From NCBI GenBank assembly GCA_052279835.1, contig CP181291.1:3584001-3648000 (forward strand): 64,000 bases of DNA, read 5' to 3'. The notes under the pieces were generated by a model that worked only from the letters and a program-made list of their open reading frames with translations, ran no database searches and was not told the origin of the DNA. Positions 1-10,443 of this stretch are shown piece after piece; within the stretch, counting starts at the first letter, position 1; each line of letters starts with the position of its first letter. The DNA comes from Microcoleus sp. GTDB lineage: Bacteria > Cyanobacteriota > Cyanobacteriia > Cyanobacteriales > Microcoleaceae. The translations under genes were made by a program, and so were the position numbers.

Positions 1-239
1 AGGACACTCCAAGAGCCCATTGGTGTCAACTTAAGGTCAAACCCTCAGTCCGCCAGGGGTTGAAACCCCTGCCTCAAAGCTCAAGTCCTCTCAAAGAGGA
101 CTAATGAGTTCTTCAGTCCTCTTTGAGAGGACTTTAGCTATTAGACAGGGAATTCATTCCCTGGCGGACTTGCGGGCCCACTAGCAGACTTGGCGGGCTG
201 ACAGCTTAAGTTGACACCAATGGGCTCTTGGAGTGTCCT
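1..239. repeat. Nested palindromic MITE/REP-like element with a perfect 35-bp terminal inverted repeat
   Basis: 1-35 AGGACACTCCAAGAGCCCATTGGTGTCAACTTAAG is the exact reverse complement of 205-239; inner hairpins CAGGGGTTGAAACCCCTG and AGTCCTCTCAAAGAGGACT; inner part recurs at ~63790-63930. Confidence 0.85.
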
Positions 240-253
240 TCGTTGCTTAAATT

Positions 254-1336
254 TTAACCCAAGATGCGATTAATCATCTGATTTGCCTGGGATTCATAAC
301 TCCCACCAAACAAATTAAAATGATTTAAAATATGATATAAATTGTAAAGAGTTTTGCGTTTTTCATACCCTGAATCCAACTGCCAAACCTGATTATATCC
401 CCGATAAAACTGGGCCGGAAAACCACCAAATAACTCCGTCATCGCCAGATCTACTTCTCTATCTCCCAAATAAGTCGCTGGGTCAAAAATCACGGGTTCT
501 CCCGCAGATGTAACGCCTGCATTCCCCCCCCACAAATCCCCGTGAACGATGGAAGGTTGAGGCTCGTGACTTGCTAACAACTCAGGAATTACCTCTAATA
601 AACGTTCCCCTTGGGGAAAATGACCGCCCCGACGTTTAGCCAATTTTAACTGATAACCAATCCGATGTTCTGCCCAAAATTCTGCCCAATTTGCAGTCCA
701 GTTATTAATTTGCACAGTTGAGCCGATCGTATTATTAATATCCCAACCAAAACATCCCCTCAACAAGCCAGAATCAACCTCTTCTCCCCCCCTCAACAAG
801 CCAGAATCAACCTCTTCTCCCCCCCTCAACAAGCCAGAATCAACCTCTTCTCCCCCCCTTAACAAGCCAGAATTAGCCTCATCTCCCCCCCTTAACAAGC
901 CAGAATCAACCTCATCTCCCCCCCTTAACAAGCCAGAATCAACCTCATCTCCCCCCCTTAACAAGGGGGGGCTGGGGGGGGTGAATTTGTGCATTTCAGC
1001 CAGTTTACGCCCCATTTCCTCCCAAGCTTTATCGCCCCCGTGACCTCCCAAATCCAGCCATTCCAGCACAATATAAGCGGAATTCCCCTCGGTTCCCCAA
1101 CAAATCGGCTCAGGTACTCGAATCGTCTGGGTTTCCCGCATTTGCTGCAAACCCAGGGCTTCAGCTTCAAACATCGCGACTTGGGAAGCTTGATTTAATT
1201 TAATGAAGTAAGTGCGGGAATTGCTGCTGATAGCATAGCCTTGATTGATGCAGCCACCGCTGACAGAACGGCGATTGTCGATCGCAAATTTGTCTCTTGT
1301 TACTTCGGAGATATGCGCGCTAATTTTGTCCCACAT
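254..1336 (-). CDS. Fructosamine kinase family protein with an in-frame tandem-repeat insertion
   Basis: SGGCIN, FEAEALGL, HGDLWGGN, FDPA..GDREVDLAMTELFGGF motifs; likely start MWDKI at 1336. Confidence 0.9.
   Translation of the reverse strand: MWDKISAHISEVTRDKFAIDNRRSVSGGCINQGYAISSNSRTYFIKLNQASQVAMFEAEALGLQQMRETQTIRVPEPICWGTEGNSAYIVLEWLDLGGHGGDKAWEEMGRKLAEMHKFTPPSPPLLRGGDEVDSGLLRGGDEVDSGLLRGGDEANSGLLRGGEEVDSGLLRGGEEVDSGLLRGGEEVDSGLLRGCFGWDINNTIGSTVQINNWTANWAEFWAEHRIGYQLKLAKRRGGHFPQGERLLEVIPELLASHEPQPSIVHGDLWGGNAGVTSAGEPVIFDPATYLGDREVDLAMTELFGGFPAQFYRGYNQVWQLDSGYEKRKTLYNLYHILNHFNLFGGSYESQANQMINRILG
756..981. repeat. 33-bp tandem repeat x6 ending in a CCCCCCTTAACAAGGGGGG palindrome, inside the CDS
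   Basis: Encodes (LLRGG[D/E]EVDSG)x6, one unit EANSG; no spacers. Confidence 0.95.
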
Positions 1337-1506
1337 GGCATCCAATTGTTTTATACTCTTGAAAAGACTCGAAAGATAGATTAACAAATTATACCTCGGA
1401 TATAGATAAAATCTCTTGTCTTACTTTAAAATTAAATTAGAGCAAATTGTTTAATTTAGCTTTTGTAATCCAACCATAACTCACATTCAGTCTTTAAGGA
1501 GAAACT

Positions 1507-1716
1507 ATGCTTTTACAAGAAAAAGAATCGGGCGACTTAATTGAAATTTTAGATGTCGATGGTTTAGTTAGTCCAGCAAAAAATGAAGTATTGGGGCGAA
1601 ATCAAGCTGGTGAAGAAGAGCAAGAACCAGTGAATTTTCCCAAGGGTAAATTAATTTTTCCTTCTGGCGAAGTTTTGCCCCGCTGCTGGACTGAAGAAAA
1701 CTATAAGACCAATTAA
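1507..1716 (+). CDS. Small conserved cyanobacterial protein (often annotated 'acetyltransferase')
   Basis: GEEEQEP..FPK..LIFPSGEVLPRCW motif; AAGGAG RBS. Confidence 0.75.
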   Translation: MLLQEKESGDLIEILDVDGLVSPAKNEVLGRNQAGEEEQEPVNFPKGKLIFPSGEVLPRCWTEENYKTN

Positions 1717-1848
1717 TTCCACCTAACCAGCACCACCGAAGACCCAGAGCCCCAACTTGTTCAATAAGTTGGGGCTCTGGGCTTTTAACATTTTTAGGTA
1801 CAAAGAGACCTGAATTTTTATTAACTATCGAGACTTTAACCATTATAA

Positions 1849-2736
1849 TTGATTTATCACAAAGGAAGGTGTATTTTGAAATCTCAAAATTTCCAGAGCA
1901 TATCATCAGCAATCGCTGGGATTCTATTAGTTGGCGCGCTGCTGCTTGGGTTCAACTCTTTTGTCGTGATTAATCCCGGTGAAGCAGGGGTGGTCAGCGT
2001 TTTAGGAAAAGCTACAGATGGGGCATTGTTAGAGGGATTTCACTTGAGACCTCCGCTGATATCTAAGGTAGATGTGTACGATGTAACAGTGCAAAAATTT
2101 GAAGTTCCGGCCCAGAGTGCTACCAAAGACCTTCAGGATTTAAATGCTAGCTTTGCTATCAACTTTCGCCTCGATCCGGCCAGAGTAGTTGATATCAGAA
2201 GGACTCAAGGAACCTTGGATAATATAGTTGCGAAAATTATTGCTCCTCAGACGCAAGAAGCATTTAAAACAGCCGCCGCCTTGAGAACTGCTGAACAATC
2301 TATTACTCAAAGAAGTGAACTGAAACGAGACTTTGATACTGCGCTGAAGGAAAGGCTATCAAAGTATGATGTAATCGTACTTGATACGAGCGTTGTTAAT
2401 ATTCGATTCTCCACAGATTTTGCGAAAGCGGTTGAGGAAAAACAGGTTGCTGAACAGCGGGCACAAAGGGCTGTTTATGTGGCTCAGGAAGCAGAACAAC
2501 AGGCTCAAGCAGATATTAACCGCGCTCAAGGTAGGGCGGAAGCTCAAAGGCTTTTGGCTGAAACTTTAAAGGCTCAGGGCGGTGATTTAGTGCTGCAAAA
2601 GGAGGCTATCGAAGCTTGGAGAAGTGGTGGTGCTCAAATGCCAAAGGTGTTGGTTATGGGCAGCGGTTCTAGTCGAGTTCCTTTCATTTTTAATATGAGT
2701 GACTTTCAGGAAGAGGGCGATCGGCAAAAAAATTAA
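1849..2736 (+). CDS. Prohibitin/SPFH (band 7) family protein
   Basis: N-terminal TM, TKDLQ, FAKAVEEKQVAEQRAQRA coiled coil; start may be a little downstream. Confidence 0.92.
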   Translation: MIYHKGRCILKSQNFQSISSAIAGILLVGALLLGFNSFVVINPGEAGVVSVLGKATDGALLEGFHLRPPLISKVDVYDVTVQKFEVPAQSATKDLQDLNASFAINFRLDPARVVDIRRTQGTLDNIVAKIIAPQTQEAFKTAAALRTAEQSITQRSELKRDFDTALKERLSKYDVIVLDTSVVNIRFSTDFAKAVEEKQVAEQRAQRAVYVAQEAEQQAQADINRAQGRAEAQRLLAETLKAQGGDLVLQKEAIEAWRSGGAQMPKVLVMGSGSSRVPFIFNMSDFQEEGDRQKN

Positions 2737-2874
2737 GCTCAAGGTATAGTTACCATAGTATGCTACACTTCCTTTAGCCAAAATATAGCGATATGATCAA
2801 ATCAGTCGCTATCAAAGCGCAGTCCGCAACTCACACGCAGACAACACACTCACTTTAGAAATCAAGGAAAAATC

Positions 2875-3294
2875 ATGACCCGCGCGATTATGGAAACGGA
2901 CAAAGGCACAATCAATTTGGAATTGTTTGATACCGATGCGCCTAATACAGTTAAGAATTTTGTTGACTTAGCAGAAAAAGGTTTTTACGACGGACTTTCC
3001 TTTCACCGAGTAATTCCTAACTTTATGATTCAAGGCGGCTGTCCAAAAGGCAATGGCACAGGTGGCCCTGGTTACAAAATTAACTGCGAAATCAACTCCC
3101 ACAAACATTTGGCAGGAACTTTATCGATGGCCCATGCAGGACGCAATACGGGTGGTAGCCAATTCTTTATTTGCCATTCTCCTCAGTCACATCTAGATGG
3201 AGTTCACACAACTTTTGGTCAAACTGAGGATATGTCTGTAGTCAATGCTATCCGCCAAGGCGACAAGATTATTTCGGTGAAAATCGAGCCTTAA
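2875..3294 (+). CDS. Cyclophilin-type peptidyl-prolyl cis-trans isomerase
   Basis: [37 protein letters not shown]. Confidence 0.95.
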   Translation: MTRAIMETDKGTINLELFDTDAPNTVKNFVDLAEKGFYDGLSFHRVIPNFMIQGGCPKGNGTGGPGYKINCEINSHKHLAGTLSMAHAGRNTGGSQFFICHSPQSHLDGVHTTFGQTEDMSVVNAIRQGDKIISVKIEP

Positions 3295-3745
3295 TTCTCA
3301 GTATTGAGTTGGGTTTGTAGTAAGGACGAACAGTCCTTATTACAAATTTAACCTGGTTAAATTGAATCATTCATCTTCGATAGATGTGTCCTAATATTTG
3401 CTTGATTTTTTTCGTAAATTCGTGTTCCATTTTCTTAAATTTGTAAGTTTAGTGTTATATCAATTCCGGTTGTATCGGAATGATTTAACCGCGAAGGCGC
3501 TAAGGACGACCCCCCCCTGCCCCCCCCAAGGGGGGAAAGAGGAAGAGAAGAGATTTGCCAATATTATAGGGAGGGTCGGCAAAAATTAAATCGATTGAGT
3601 TGTCTTTAATTTCATTAGAGAGGACTTCTAACGCATCTCCTAAAATTAGCTTGTGTTCGTCTAATTCAAAGATTTTCATTTTGCATAACCTGTTTTAATC
3701 AATATGCGTCATTGTCAGTTAGAGTTGGATGTTTACTATAGCTCT

Positions 3746-4870
3746 TCAATACAGTTCATATTTTAGTAAAGTACAAGGAATGGAACCGTTGAAAACAGGA
3801 ATTCGCTTGGATGTTCTCAGACCAACCTGTTTTCCCAACTCCTTATTTCCAGTCAGTATAAACGCATTCCAACCTTTAAAACGCTGCTTGAAAATATCGC
3901 CTAACATCTTATAAAGTTCTCCCAATTCCTTCGCATCGCCTAGCCTTTCTCCGTAGGGAGGATTGCAAATGAGAACGCCACTGTCTGCGGGTGGTTCCAA
4001 GTCAGATAACTCGGTGTGAGCAAACTCTATCTTACCAGAAAGACCTGCTTGCTGTGCATTGATGCGAGCTTGGGTTAACATATCAGAATCGCGATCGCAT
4101 CCTGCAACCACTTGCTGAAGTTCCGGTAATTCGCTACTCTCGGCTTCAGCCCACAATTTATCCCATAAGGGTTCGTCAAAATCTCGCCAAGTCATAAATC
4201 CAAACTTGTCTCGAAACAATCCCGGCGCAATATTCAAACCCTTTAAACTAGCTTCCAAAGGCAAAGTTCCCGAACCGCACATGGGGTCTAAAAAAGGTAA
4301 ATCAGGTGTCCATTCTGCCATGTCCAACAAAGCCGCAGCTAGGGTTTCTTTTAAGGGTGCCATACCCATTGCGGGTCGATATCCGCGTCGGTGCAAACTG
4401 CCGCCAGAACTGTCTAAACTTAAGATAGCTCGATCGCGATGAATGTGAAGGTTAATCAGTAAATCGGGATTTTCTACATCCACACTCGAACGCTTGTTGA
4501 ATTGATGGCGCTGTTGGTCGGCGATCGCATTTTTGACCTGCAAAGCTGTAAAATGAGTGTGGTTCAATTTTTCATTGCCACCCGTACAGTTGACTGCTAA
4601 AGTATTGTCAGCATCCAAAAACTCATCCCAAGAGATTTTCTGGACTGCGCGGTACAGCATATCTGAGTTGTAACACTGGAATTCGGCGATGGGTACTAGG
4701 ACTCGAAAAATGGTTCTAGACCACAGATTTACACGATACAATAAAGCGCGATCGCCCGAAAAGTACACCCCAGTAAAATCTGGCTGCACATTCTCGGCTC
4801 CTAATTTTTCTAATTCTTGGGCGGCAATATTTTCTAATCCGCGCGCCACTGTAGCAAAGTATTGATTCAT
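3746..4870 (-). CDS. THUMP-domain RNA methyltransferase (RlmL-like)
   Basis: LHRRGYR, APLKETLAA, DPMCGSGT, NPPYGERL. Confidence 0.93.
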   Translation of the reverse strand: MNQYFATVARGLENIAAQELEKLGAENVQPDFTGVYFSGDRALLYRVNLWSRTIFRVLVPIAEFQCYNSDMLYRAVQKISWDEFLDADNTLAVNCTGGNEKLNHTHFTALQVKNAIADQQRHQFNKRSSVDVENPDLLINLHIHRDRAILSLDSSGGSLHRRGYRPAMGMAPLKETLAAALLDMAEWTPDLPFLDPMCGSGTLPLEASLKGLNIAPGLFRDKFGFMTWRDFDEPLWDKLWAEAESSELPELQQVVAGCDRDSDMLTQARINAQQAGLSGKIEFAHTELSDLEPPADSGVLICNPPYGERLGDAKELGELYKMLGDIFKQRFKGWNAFILTGNKELGKQVGLRTSKRIPVFNGSIPCTLLKYELY

Positions 4871-5225
4871 TAGTTAATGGGGAATGGGGAATGGGGCATT
4901 GGGTAATTTGGTAAGGGGTAATTGGTAATTGGTAAGGGGTAATTTATTGTTTATTATTTGTTGTTTGTTACTACTGAGAACAGGGAACGGACAAGGGACA
5001 AGGGACAACTGATAACTGACTGATGACTATAGTAGCTGGTTTTAATCCTAAGTTATCAGAAATAATAATCTACCATAAGCTAGATGCGTCGGCTCCTCAA
5101 AATTTTAAATTTCCTGGGACTTGGAACCCCCGCCACCGGAATAGATACCCCCAAAGCCATACCACAAAAAGAGTAGAGGTTTCATGGTTAATTCAATTTT
5201 TGACTCGGGGCGATCGCCCTAGAAA

Positions 5226-5666
5226 TCATGCTGGAATTTCTAACTGCATAAATATGTGCGGAATTCCCAGGAATTCAAAGGGCTTATCTTGTTCGGAGAA
5301 TCCTATTTTTTGGTAAAATTTAATGGCGTTCATTCGAGACATAAGTCTGACAGCTTTGAGATTTTTTTGCTGAGCTTTGACGATTAAGTTTTCAATTAAT
5401 TTAGTGCCAATTCCCTGATTTTGAAATTCAGGAAGCACGGCAACGTAGCTGATGTTTCCTACTCCTGGGGATGATTCGCGCAGTCGGGCTGAAGCAATAA
5501 TTTGGCGATCGCAAAGGGCGATTAAATGAACAGCAGTATCTTCGTAATTGTCTCTTTCGCTGCCCTTTTCCATGCCGAGGGGCGATCGCAAAACCAGCCA
5601 GCGCTGATGGAACATTTTTTCTAATTCTTGTTGGTTGTTAACTTCGCGGATATCTATTTGCAGCAT
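5226..5666 (-). CDS. GNAT family N-acetyltransferase
   Basis: VAVLPEFQNQGIGTKL acetyl-CoA motif, AIKFYQKIGF. Confidence 0.9.
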   Translation of the reverse strand: MLQIDIREVNNQQELEKMFHQRWLVLRSPLGMEKGSERDNYEDTAVHLIALCDRQIIASARLRESSPGVGNISYVAVLPEFQNQGIGTKLIENLIVKAQQKNLKAVRLMSRMNAIKFYQKIGFSEQDKPFEFLGIPHIFMQLEIPA

Positions 5667-5705
5667 TTTTCGATTAGATTAAAGAGGTAGATTCCAATTT
5701 ACCCT

Positions 5706-5860
5706 TGGGTGGGGGCGGGTTTATTTAGATTGTCGATTATTGGCAATGATTGTTGGTATAACCCGCCCCTACAGATTCTGGGCAATATTGGGTGGGGGCG
5801 GGTTTATTTAGATTGTCGATTATCGGCAATGATTGTTGGTATAACCCGCCCCTACAAATT
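5706..5860. repeat. Two tandem ~83-bp REP-like palindromic units
   Basis: GGGGCGGGTT...AACCCGCCCCTACA occurs twice with 83-bp period. Confidence 0.85.
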
Positions 5861-5875
5861 CTGGGAAATATTGGG

Positions 5876-7222
5876 CTACAAACTATCAGTAATACTGGTG
5901 AAATTAAAGGCTTTCACGCGCACGGCTGGTACTACACTGCCACCATAACGTTTTACCTCACTCAGGGCATCTACATCGCGCAACATATTGGGTAAACTCT
6001 GATTAAAGCGCAAGTTTTTGATCGGGTAAACAATCTTGCCATTTTCAATCCAAAAAGTACCGTCACGAGTCATTCCCGTTACTTCCGATGTCTTGGGATT
6101 TACGTAGTTGACGTACCAAGCTCGACTGACGAAAATTCCGCGCTCGGTTTGAGCAATTATATCTGCTAAACTTTGGTCGGAACCTGTCATCACGATCGGG
6201 TAATAAGCACCTTTTGATTCTTTACCTTTTTGGGCGGCCCAATAGCGGGAATAAGACAAGCTTTGAGGGATGCCTTTTTTGATGATTTCCAAATAGTTAT
6301 TGCTTAATCCATCGCCGAAAAAATTACCCGATCGCAATAAAGGATGTGCCGGATCGCGCTGTACTTGCACCAGGGGGCTGAAAAGTTGTTCGCCCGCGCG
6401 GTTTCCCACGGGTTTTCCGGTTTCATCTGCGATCGACATAAACGATCGCCCTTCATCCGCCGCCCTCGCATCCATCCCCCAAATTACCCAGGGTAGCAAA
6501 TCCGCAAACGCCGCACCATCCAAGATTACAGGATAAATGCCGGGATTGATTTCGCGCGGGTTGCGGGATGCGATCGCCCGATCGACTACTTGTTGGGCCA
6601 ATGGGGCGATCGGCAGTTGACTAATACTCCAAGCTGTGCGTTCAGTCCAGCTAGAACCGTTGTCAATGCGGGCTGTAAAGCCGAAATTCGCCTCTGTAGA
6701 TTGATTGCAGGCGCGGAGTCCGGTGCTCGATGCGATCGCATACAATGACGCCTCAGTGCTCAAAGTACCGGAAGCATTAGCACCTGCTTGTGAGGCGATC
6801 GCGCAAGCCTGCTGTACCATTTCTGCCCGTGCTAGAGGCGATGCAGCGGCTGTTGCTTCGTCAAAGGCTGCCGGGGGCGAATCGTAGGTTTGAGGCGGTA
6901 ACAGCGGCATCCATTCGGGGTCTGCGGGGGCAATTTTGGCCAATTCTTGCGATCTTTTGACGGTTTGGGCGATCGCATCTTCGTCAAAATCCGTCACCGC
7001 AGCGGAGGCACTTTTGTTACCAAAATAGCTAGTAATATTCAGGCTAAATACAGTCTTGCTAATATTTTGGCTGATTTGATTTTCCGAGAATCGAGAAAGA
7101 GATTCTTCCCCAGTAGAAAGACTGACAAATACTTCCTCGGCTTGGGATTGTTTGACTACCTTTTCCAGTAAAGATAAGGCTTGGTCTTCACTTATAATTG
7201 CGGGAGATGTTGTTACGAACAT
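5876..7222 (-). CDS. tldE: TldE/PmbA family protein
   Basis: SRFSENQISQN, TGMTRDGTFWIENG, NLRFNQS; downstream of tldD. Confidence 0.88.
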   Translation of the reverse strand: MFVTTSPAIISEDQALSLLEKVVKQSQAEEVFVSLSTGEESLSRFSENQISQNISKTVFSLNITSYFGNKSASAAVTDFDEDAIAQTVKRSQELAKIAPADPEWMPLLPPQTYDSPPAAFDEATAAASPLARAEMVQQACAIASQAGANASGTLSTEASLYAIASSTGLRACNQSTEANFGFTARIDNGSSWTERTAWSISQLPIAPLAQQVVDRAIASRNPREINPGIYPVILDGAAFADLLPWVIWGMDARAADEGRSFMSIADETGKPVGNRAGEQLFSPLVQVQRDPAHPLLRSGNFFGDGLSNNYLEIIKKGIPQSLSYSRYWAAQKGKESKGAYYPIVMTGSDQSLADIIAQTERGIFVSRAWYVNYVNPKTSEVTGMTRDGTFWIENGKIVYPIKNLRFNQSLPNMLRDVDALSEVKRYGGSVVPAVRVKAFNFTSITDSL

Positions 7223-7311
7223 AAACTAGAATGCTAGGAAATTTTATTAGCTTTATTATCTCTGAGTTCTCTCTGTGTTCTCTGCGTCCTCTGCGGTTCA
7301 ATCATTCCGAA

Positions 7312-8799
7312 TTAAGAATTTCCCCCAATTTGAATATCTCTGACTCGCACCGGTACGCAAGCGTGAGTCATTTGAGCTATCTGGATCGGTTCACCTTTCC
7401 CGCACCTATTAGTCCCGCATTGAACTCGCTCCGAAGCAGGTCCGATCGCATCTACTTGATTCCAGAAATCAGTGCTCATTGAATGATAAGTGACATCCTT
7501 CAACATTCCGACAACTTTACCTTTTTCCACCTTCCAGAAAGCATCACCACCGAATTGAAAATTACGCCGCTGCTGATCGATGGAAAAACTGCCAGTACCG
7601 TCGATTAAAATCCCATCTTCCGTATCCGCAATCATCTCATCCAAAGTAGCAGTATGACTACCGCCATCCGGGCCCGGTTCCAATCCCAAATTAGGAATTC
7701 TGACCATCGGCACGCTCGACCAACTATCAGCGCAGGCAGAACCATTGCTGCTGGCACGTCCGAGGCGATGAGCTGTTTCTCTGTCGGTGAGATAATCGAC
7801 TAAAATTCCATCCTTGACAACGTACCAATCCTGTGATTTTACGCCCTCATCATCGTAACCCATTGTACCGCGGCCGGCCGGTTGAGTGCGATCGCACTTA
7901 AAGTTCACCCAAGGTGCGGCGTATTGCAGTTTATTTAACTTATCCGTAGTAGCAAAGCTCGTGCCTGCAAAATTCGATTCATAGCCATAAACTCGGTCTA
8001 ATTCCGTTGGATGTCCGACGGATTCGTGGATGGTTAAAAACAAGTTTGTCGGCTTGAGAATCAGGGATTTGCAAATACCTACGGGGGCTTTCGGAGCGGT
8101 GACTTTCTCAATTGCTTCGGCAGCAACTCTATCTATTTGACTCAGCAAATCCGCCGGATTGATGTGTTCGTAACCCAGATTTAAGGGCGGGCGTTCGTAA
8201 CTGCGACTTTTGGCATCGCCGCCCGCAATTGCCGTACAGCTAAAACCTGGATAACTGCGGTGAATTGTCTGTTCAATTAGCGAGCCTTCGGTGGAAGCAA
8301 AAACCTTATCTTCGCGGTTAAATTGCAGAAAAGAAAAAGCTTTTTTGATGCCTCGCTCGCCTCGCTCTAACAGTTGTGTGTTAATATTTAGTAGTAGTTC
8401 TGCTTTGTCAGCGACTGGTACAGAAAACGGGTCAATGGCGATCGGCGTAATGTAGCGATCGACATATTTGTCAACAGGCACCAACCGCACCGGTTCTTTT
8501 TGAGTCAAACGACTACCTTTGGCGATTTCTACAGCCAAAGCAACAATTCTGGCAACCTCAGCCCCCGTGCGATTGTGGCTGGCTGCAAAGCCCCAAGCCC
8601 CATCCAGGAGTACCCGCACCCCAAAACCAGAACTAACATTATCAGAGATATTGCTTAAAGAGCGATCGCGCGCGTACAGACTCTGCCTTCGGTAAGCACA
8701 AAAACGCACATCACCGTATTCACAACCCGATTTCTTAATCAAATCTACGGCTAAACTTGCTAACTCTTGAGCCGAGACTTTTGCGGTTAATTGCACCAT
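7312..8799 (-). CDS. tldD: TldD metalloprotease
   Basis: HESVGHPTELDR zinc motif, DDEG, CGKG. Confidence 0.92.
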   Translation of the reverse strand: MVQLTAKVSAQELASLAVDLIKKSGCEYGDVRFCAYRRQSLYARDRSLSNISDNVSSGFGVRVLLDGAWGFAASHNRTGAEVARIVALAVEIAKGSRLTQKEPVRLVPVDKYVDRYITPIAIDPFSVPVADKAELLLNINTQLLERGERGIKKAFSFLQFNREDKVFASTEGSLIEQTIHRSYPGFSCTAIAGGDAKSRSYERPPLNLGYEHINPADLLSQIDRVAAEAIEKVTAPKAPVGICKSLILKPTNLFLTIHESVGHPTELDRVYGYESNFAGTSFATTDKLNKLQYAAPWVNFKCDRTQPAGRGTMGYDDEGVKSQDWYVVKDGILVDYLTDRETAHRLGRASSNGSACADSWSSVPMVRIPNLGLEPGPDGGSHTATLDEMIADTEDGILIDGTGSFSIDQQRRNFQFGGDAFWKVEKGKVVGMLKDVTYHSMSTDFWNQVDAIGPASERVQCGTNRCGKGEPIQIAQMTHACVPVRVRDIQIGGNS

Positions 8800-9019
8800 G
8801 TTTATGAGTCTGTTTTTAAGAATTATCAATTATTATAGCGCTACTATCGAAGTATTTTCCTAATCAACACGGCGATACCCAGCATTAACCAGTCATATGA
8901 TTTAACCGCGAAGGCGCGTTCGGCGAAGCCGTTCCCGTAGGGTAGGACGCGAAGGAAGAGAAGAGAGAGGACTTGCTATAACTCGCCGACAATTTGCTAT
9001 GCTTTGCGATACCTTTTAC

Positions 9020-9090
9020 GCTCGCGGTTTCCACCGCGCTGGATATTAGGAATCCCCGTACCTTGAGGTACGGGGATGATGCCAAGTCAA
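9020..9090 (+). mobile_element. Orphan IS200/IS605-family right-end-like hairpin
   Basis: GGAATCCCCGTACCTTGAGGTACGGGGATGATGCCAA resembles the GAATCCCC-hairpin-GGGGA..GTCAA ends of IS605/IS1341 elements; no tnpA/tnpB adjacent. Confidence 0.5.
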
Positions 9091-9203
9091 GCCTTAAATC
9101 AGTTAGCAACAATTGCGATCGAGATTTGCGTCTTGCCAGGATTATGGGATGTTTGATTTCACCCTTTTTTTAATTCACCAACAGTCTCTTTCAACCGCCT
9201 GGT

Positions 9204-10110
9204 TTAGGGCTTAGTCGTAGTCGCCGCGGGCTTCTTTTGAGAGTTATTCAGTCCATTGAGAAACATGGGCACAAACTTCTCCACAAATGCCTGGGGGTCA
9301 CGATTCCAGGCCCGCTGAGCCACATCAACCCTAGTCATTTGCAAATCCGGGGCCAACAAAGTTGCCGGTAGGCGTTCCATCAAGTATTGGGGGCGTTCCC
9401 ACAGGGGCATTGTATTAGCAATATCCACCAGGCGGGTGACACGGCGCAGTTTCTGCCCCCAGCATGATATCCATTCCCGATGCAAATGCAGCTTGTTCGA
9501 TCGCCGCATACTTGCGTTTCGCCCGTTCCACCTTCTGGGCGTGGGCTGGGCTCTTGGCTGCTATGTTTCCCAACCACCGATTTCCCCAGCGGACGTGGCC
9601 TGCTTCTTCGGGAAAAATCTTTTCGATAGTTTCGCGGATTTTGACGTTTTCGTCAGTTTGCGGAGCATTTTTCAGGGCGTGGATGTGCGCTCCGAAGTAT
9701 TCGCAGCCCCGCTTTTCGGTGACATTAATCGCCGCTAGGGAAGAAATTACAAAATCTTCGCGGTCCTTGGTGGGGTCTTTCTGTTCGCTGTCGAAGAGTC
9801 TTTCAAACTCGTCGATGTAGGATACTCCCGGCGGCTTGCCCACATTTTGGCCCAAGTCTACCAGCAAGTCAGTCAGCCACATGGCGTGCCGCGCTTCGTC
9901 GGAAATGTGCCGCGACAGATCGCGCACGAGTTCGGCTGGTTCCCCGTCTAGCTGTTCGATCAAGTCGGTGAGGTCTTTGCAACTGCGCTGTTCGCTAAAG
10001 CGGTAGCGGTTGAGAGTGATCAGGTGAATTTCGCGATCGCGCACGACTTGAGCTAAAACTTCACGGGCTCCCATGCCATTGCGAAGCTTGCGGGGATAAG
10101 CTACGGTCAT
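9204..10110 (-). pseudogene. Ferritin-like domain protein split by a +1 frameshift (may be a sequencing error)
   Basis: DEARH and EEAGH diiron motifs; deleting one A at 9450-9452 joins ...MLGAE to LRRVTRLVDIAN... Confidence 0.8.
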
Positions 10111-10223
10111 TGTTTTATGTTTTTTTGTAAAGATACTTGTATAAGTGTAACGCAGTTTTTCGGCTTCCTAATTCACTCGCAGGGTAGAAGTTTTTTTGTA
10201 AGTAACTTTAACTCTTATAGTTG

Positions 10224-10295
10224 TTGGTTATTGGTTATTGGTTATTGGTTATTGGTTATTGGTTATTGGTTATTGGTTATTGGTTATTGGTTATT
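10224..10295. repeat. Heptamer short tandem repeat (TTGGTTA)n, STRR-type
   Basis: About 10 consecutive units. Confidence 0.9.
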
Positions 10296-10443
10296 TGTTA
10301 ATCGGGCAATTTTAGACTTTAAATTTCATAGGACTTACGCAAAAAACCCGGTTTATGAAGGTCCTTGCCTCTTTTGACTTTGAGGGCGATCGCCACAAAC
10401 CGGGTTTTTTAGGTTAATAGTCCGTCCAGGACAGACGAACTAT

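Noticed and set aside
756..981. 33-bp repeats as a CRISPR array
   Set aside because: Head-to-tail with no spacers, in frame within a CDS, and no cas genes
5709..5995. Two ORFs with identical N-termini
   Set aside because: Artefact of the 83-bp REP duplication
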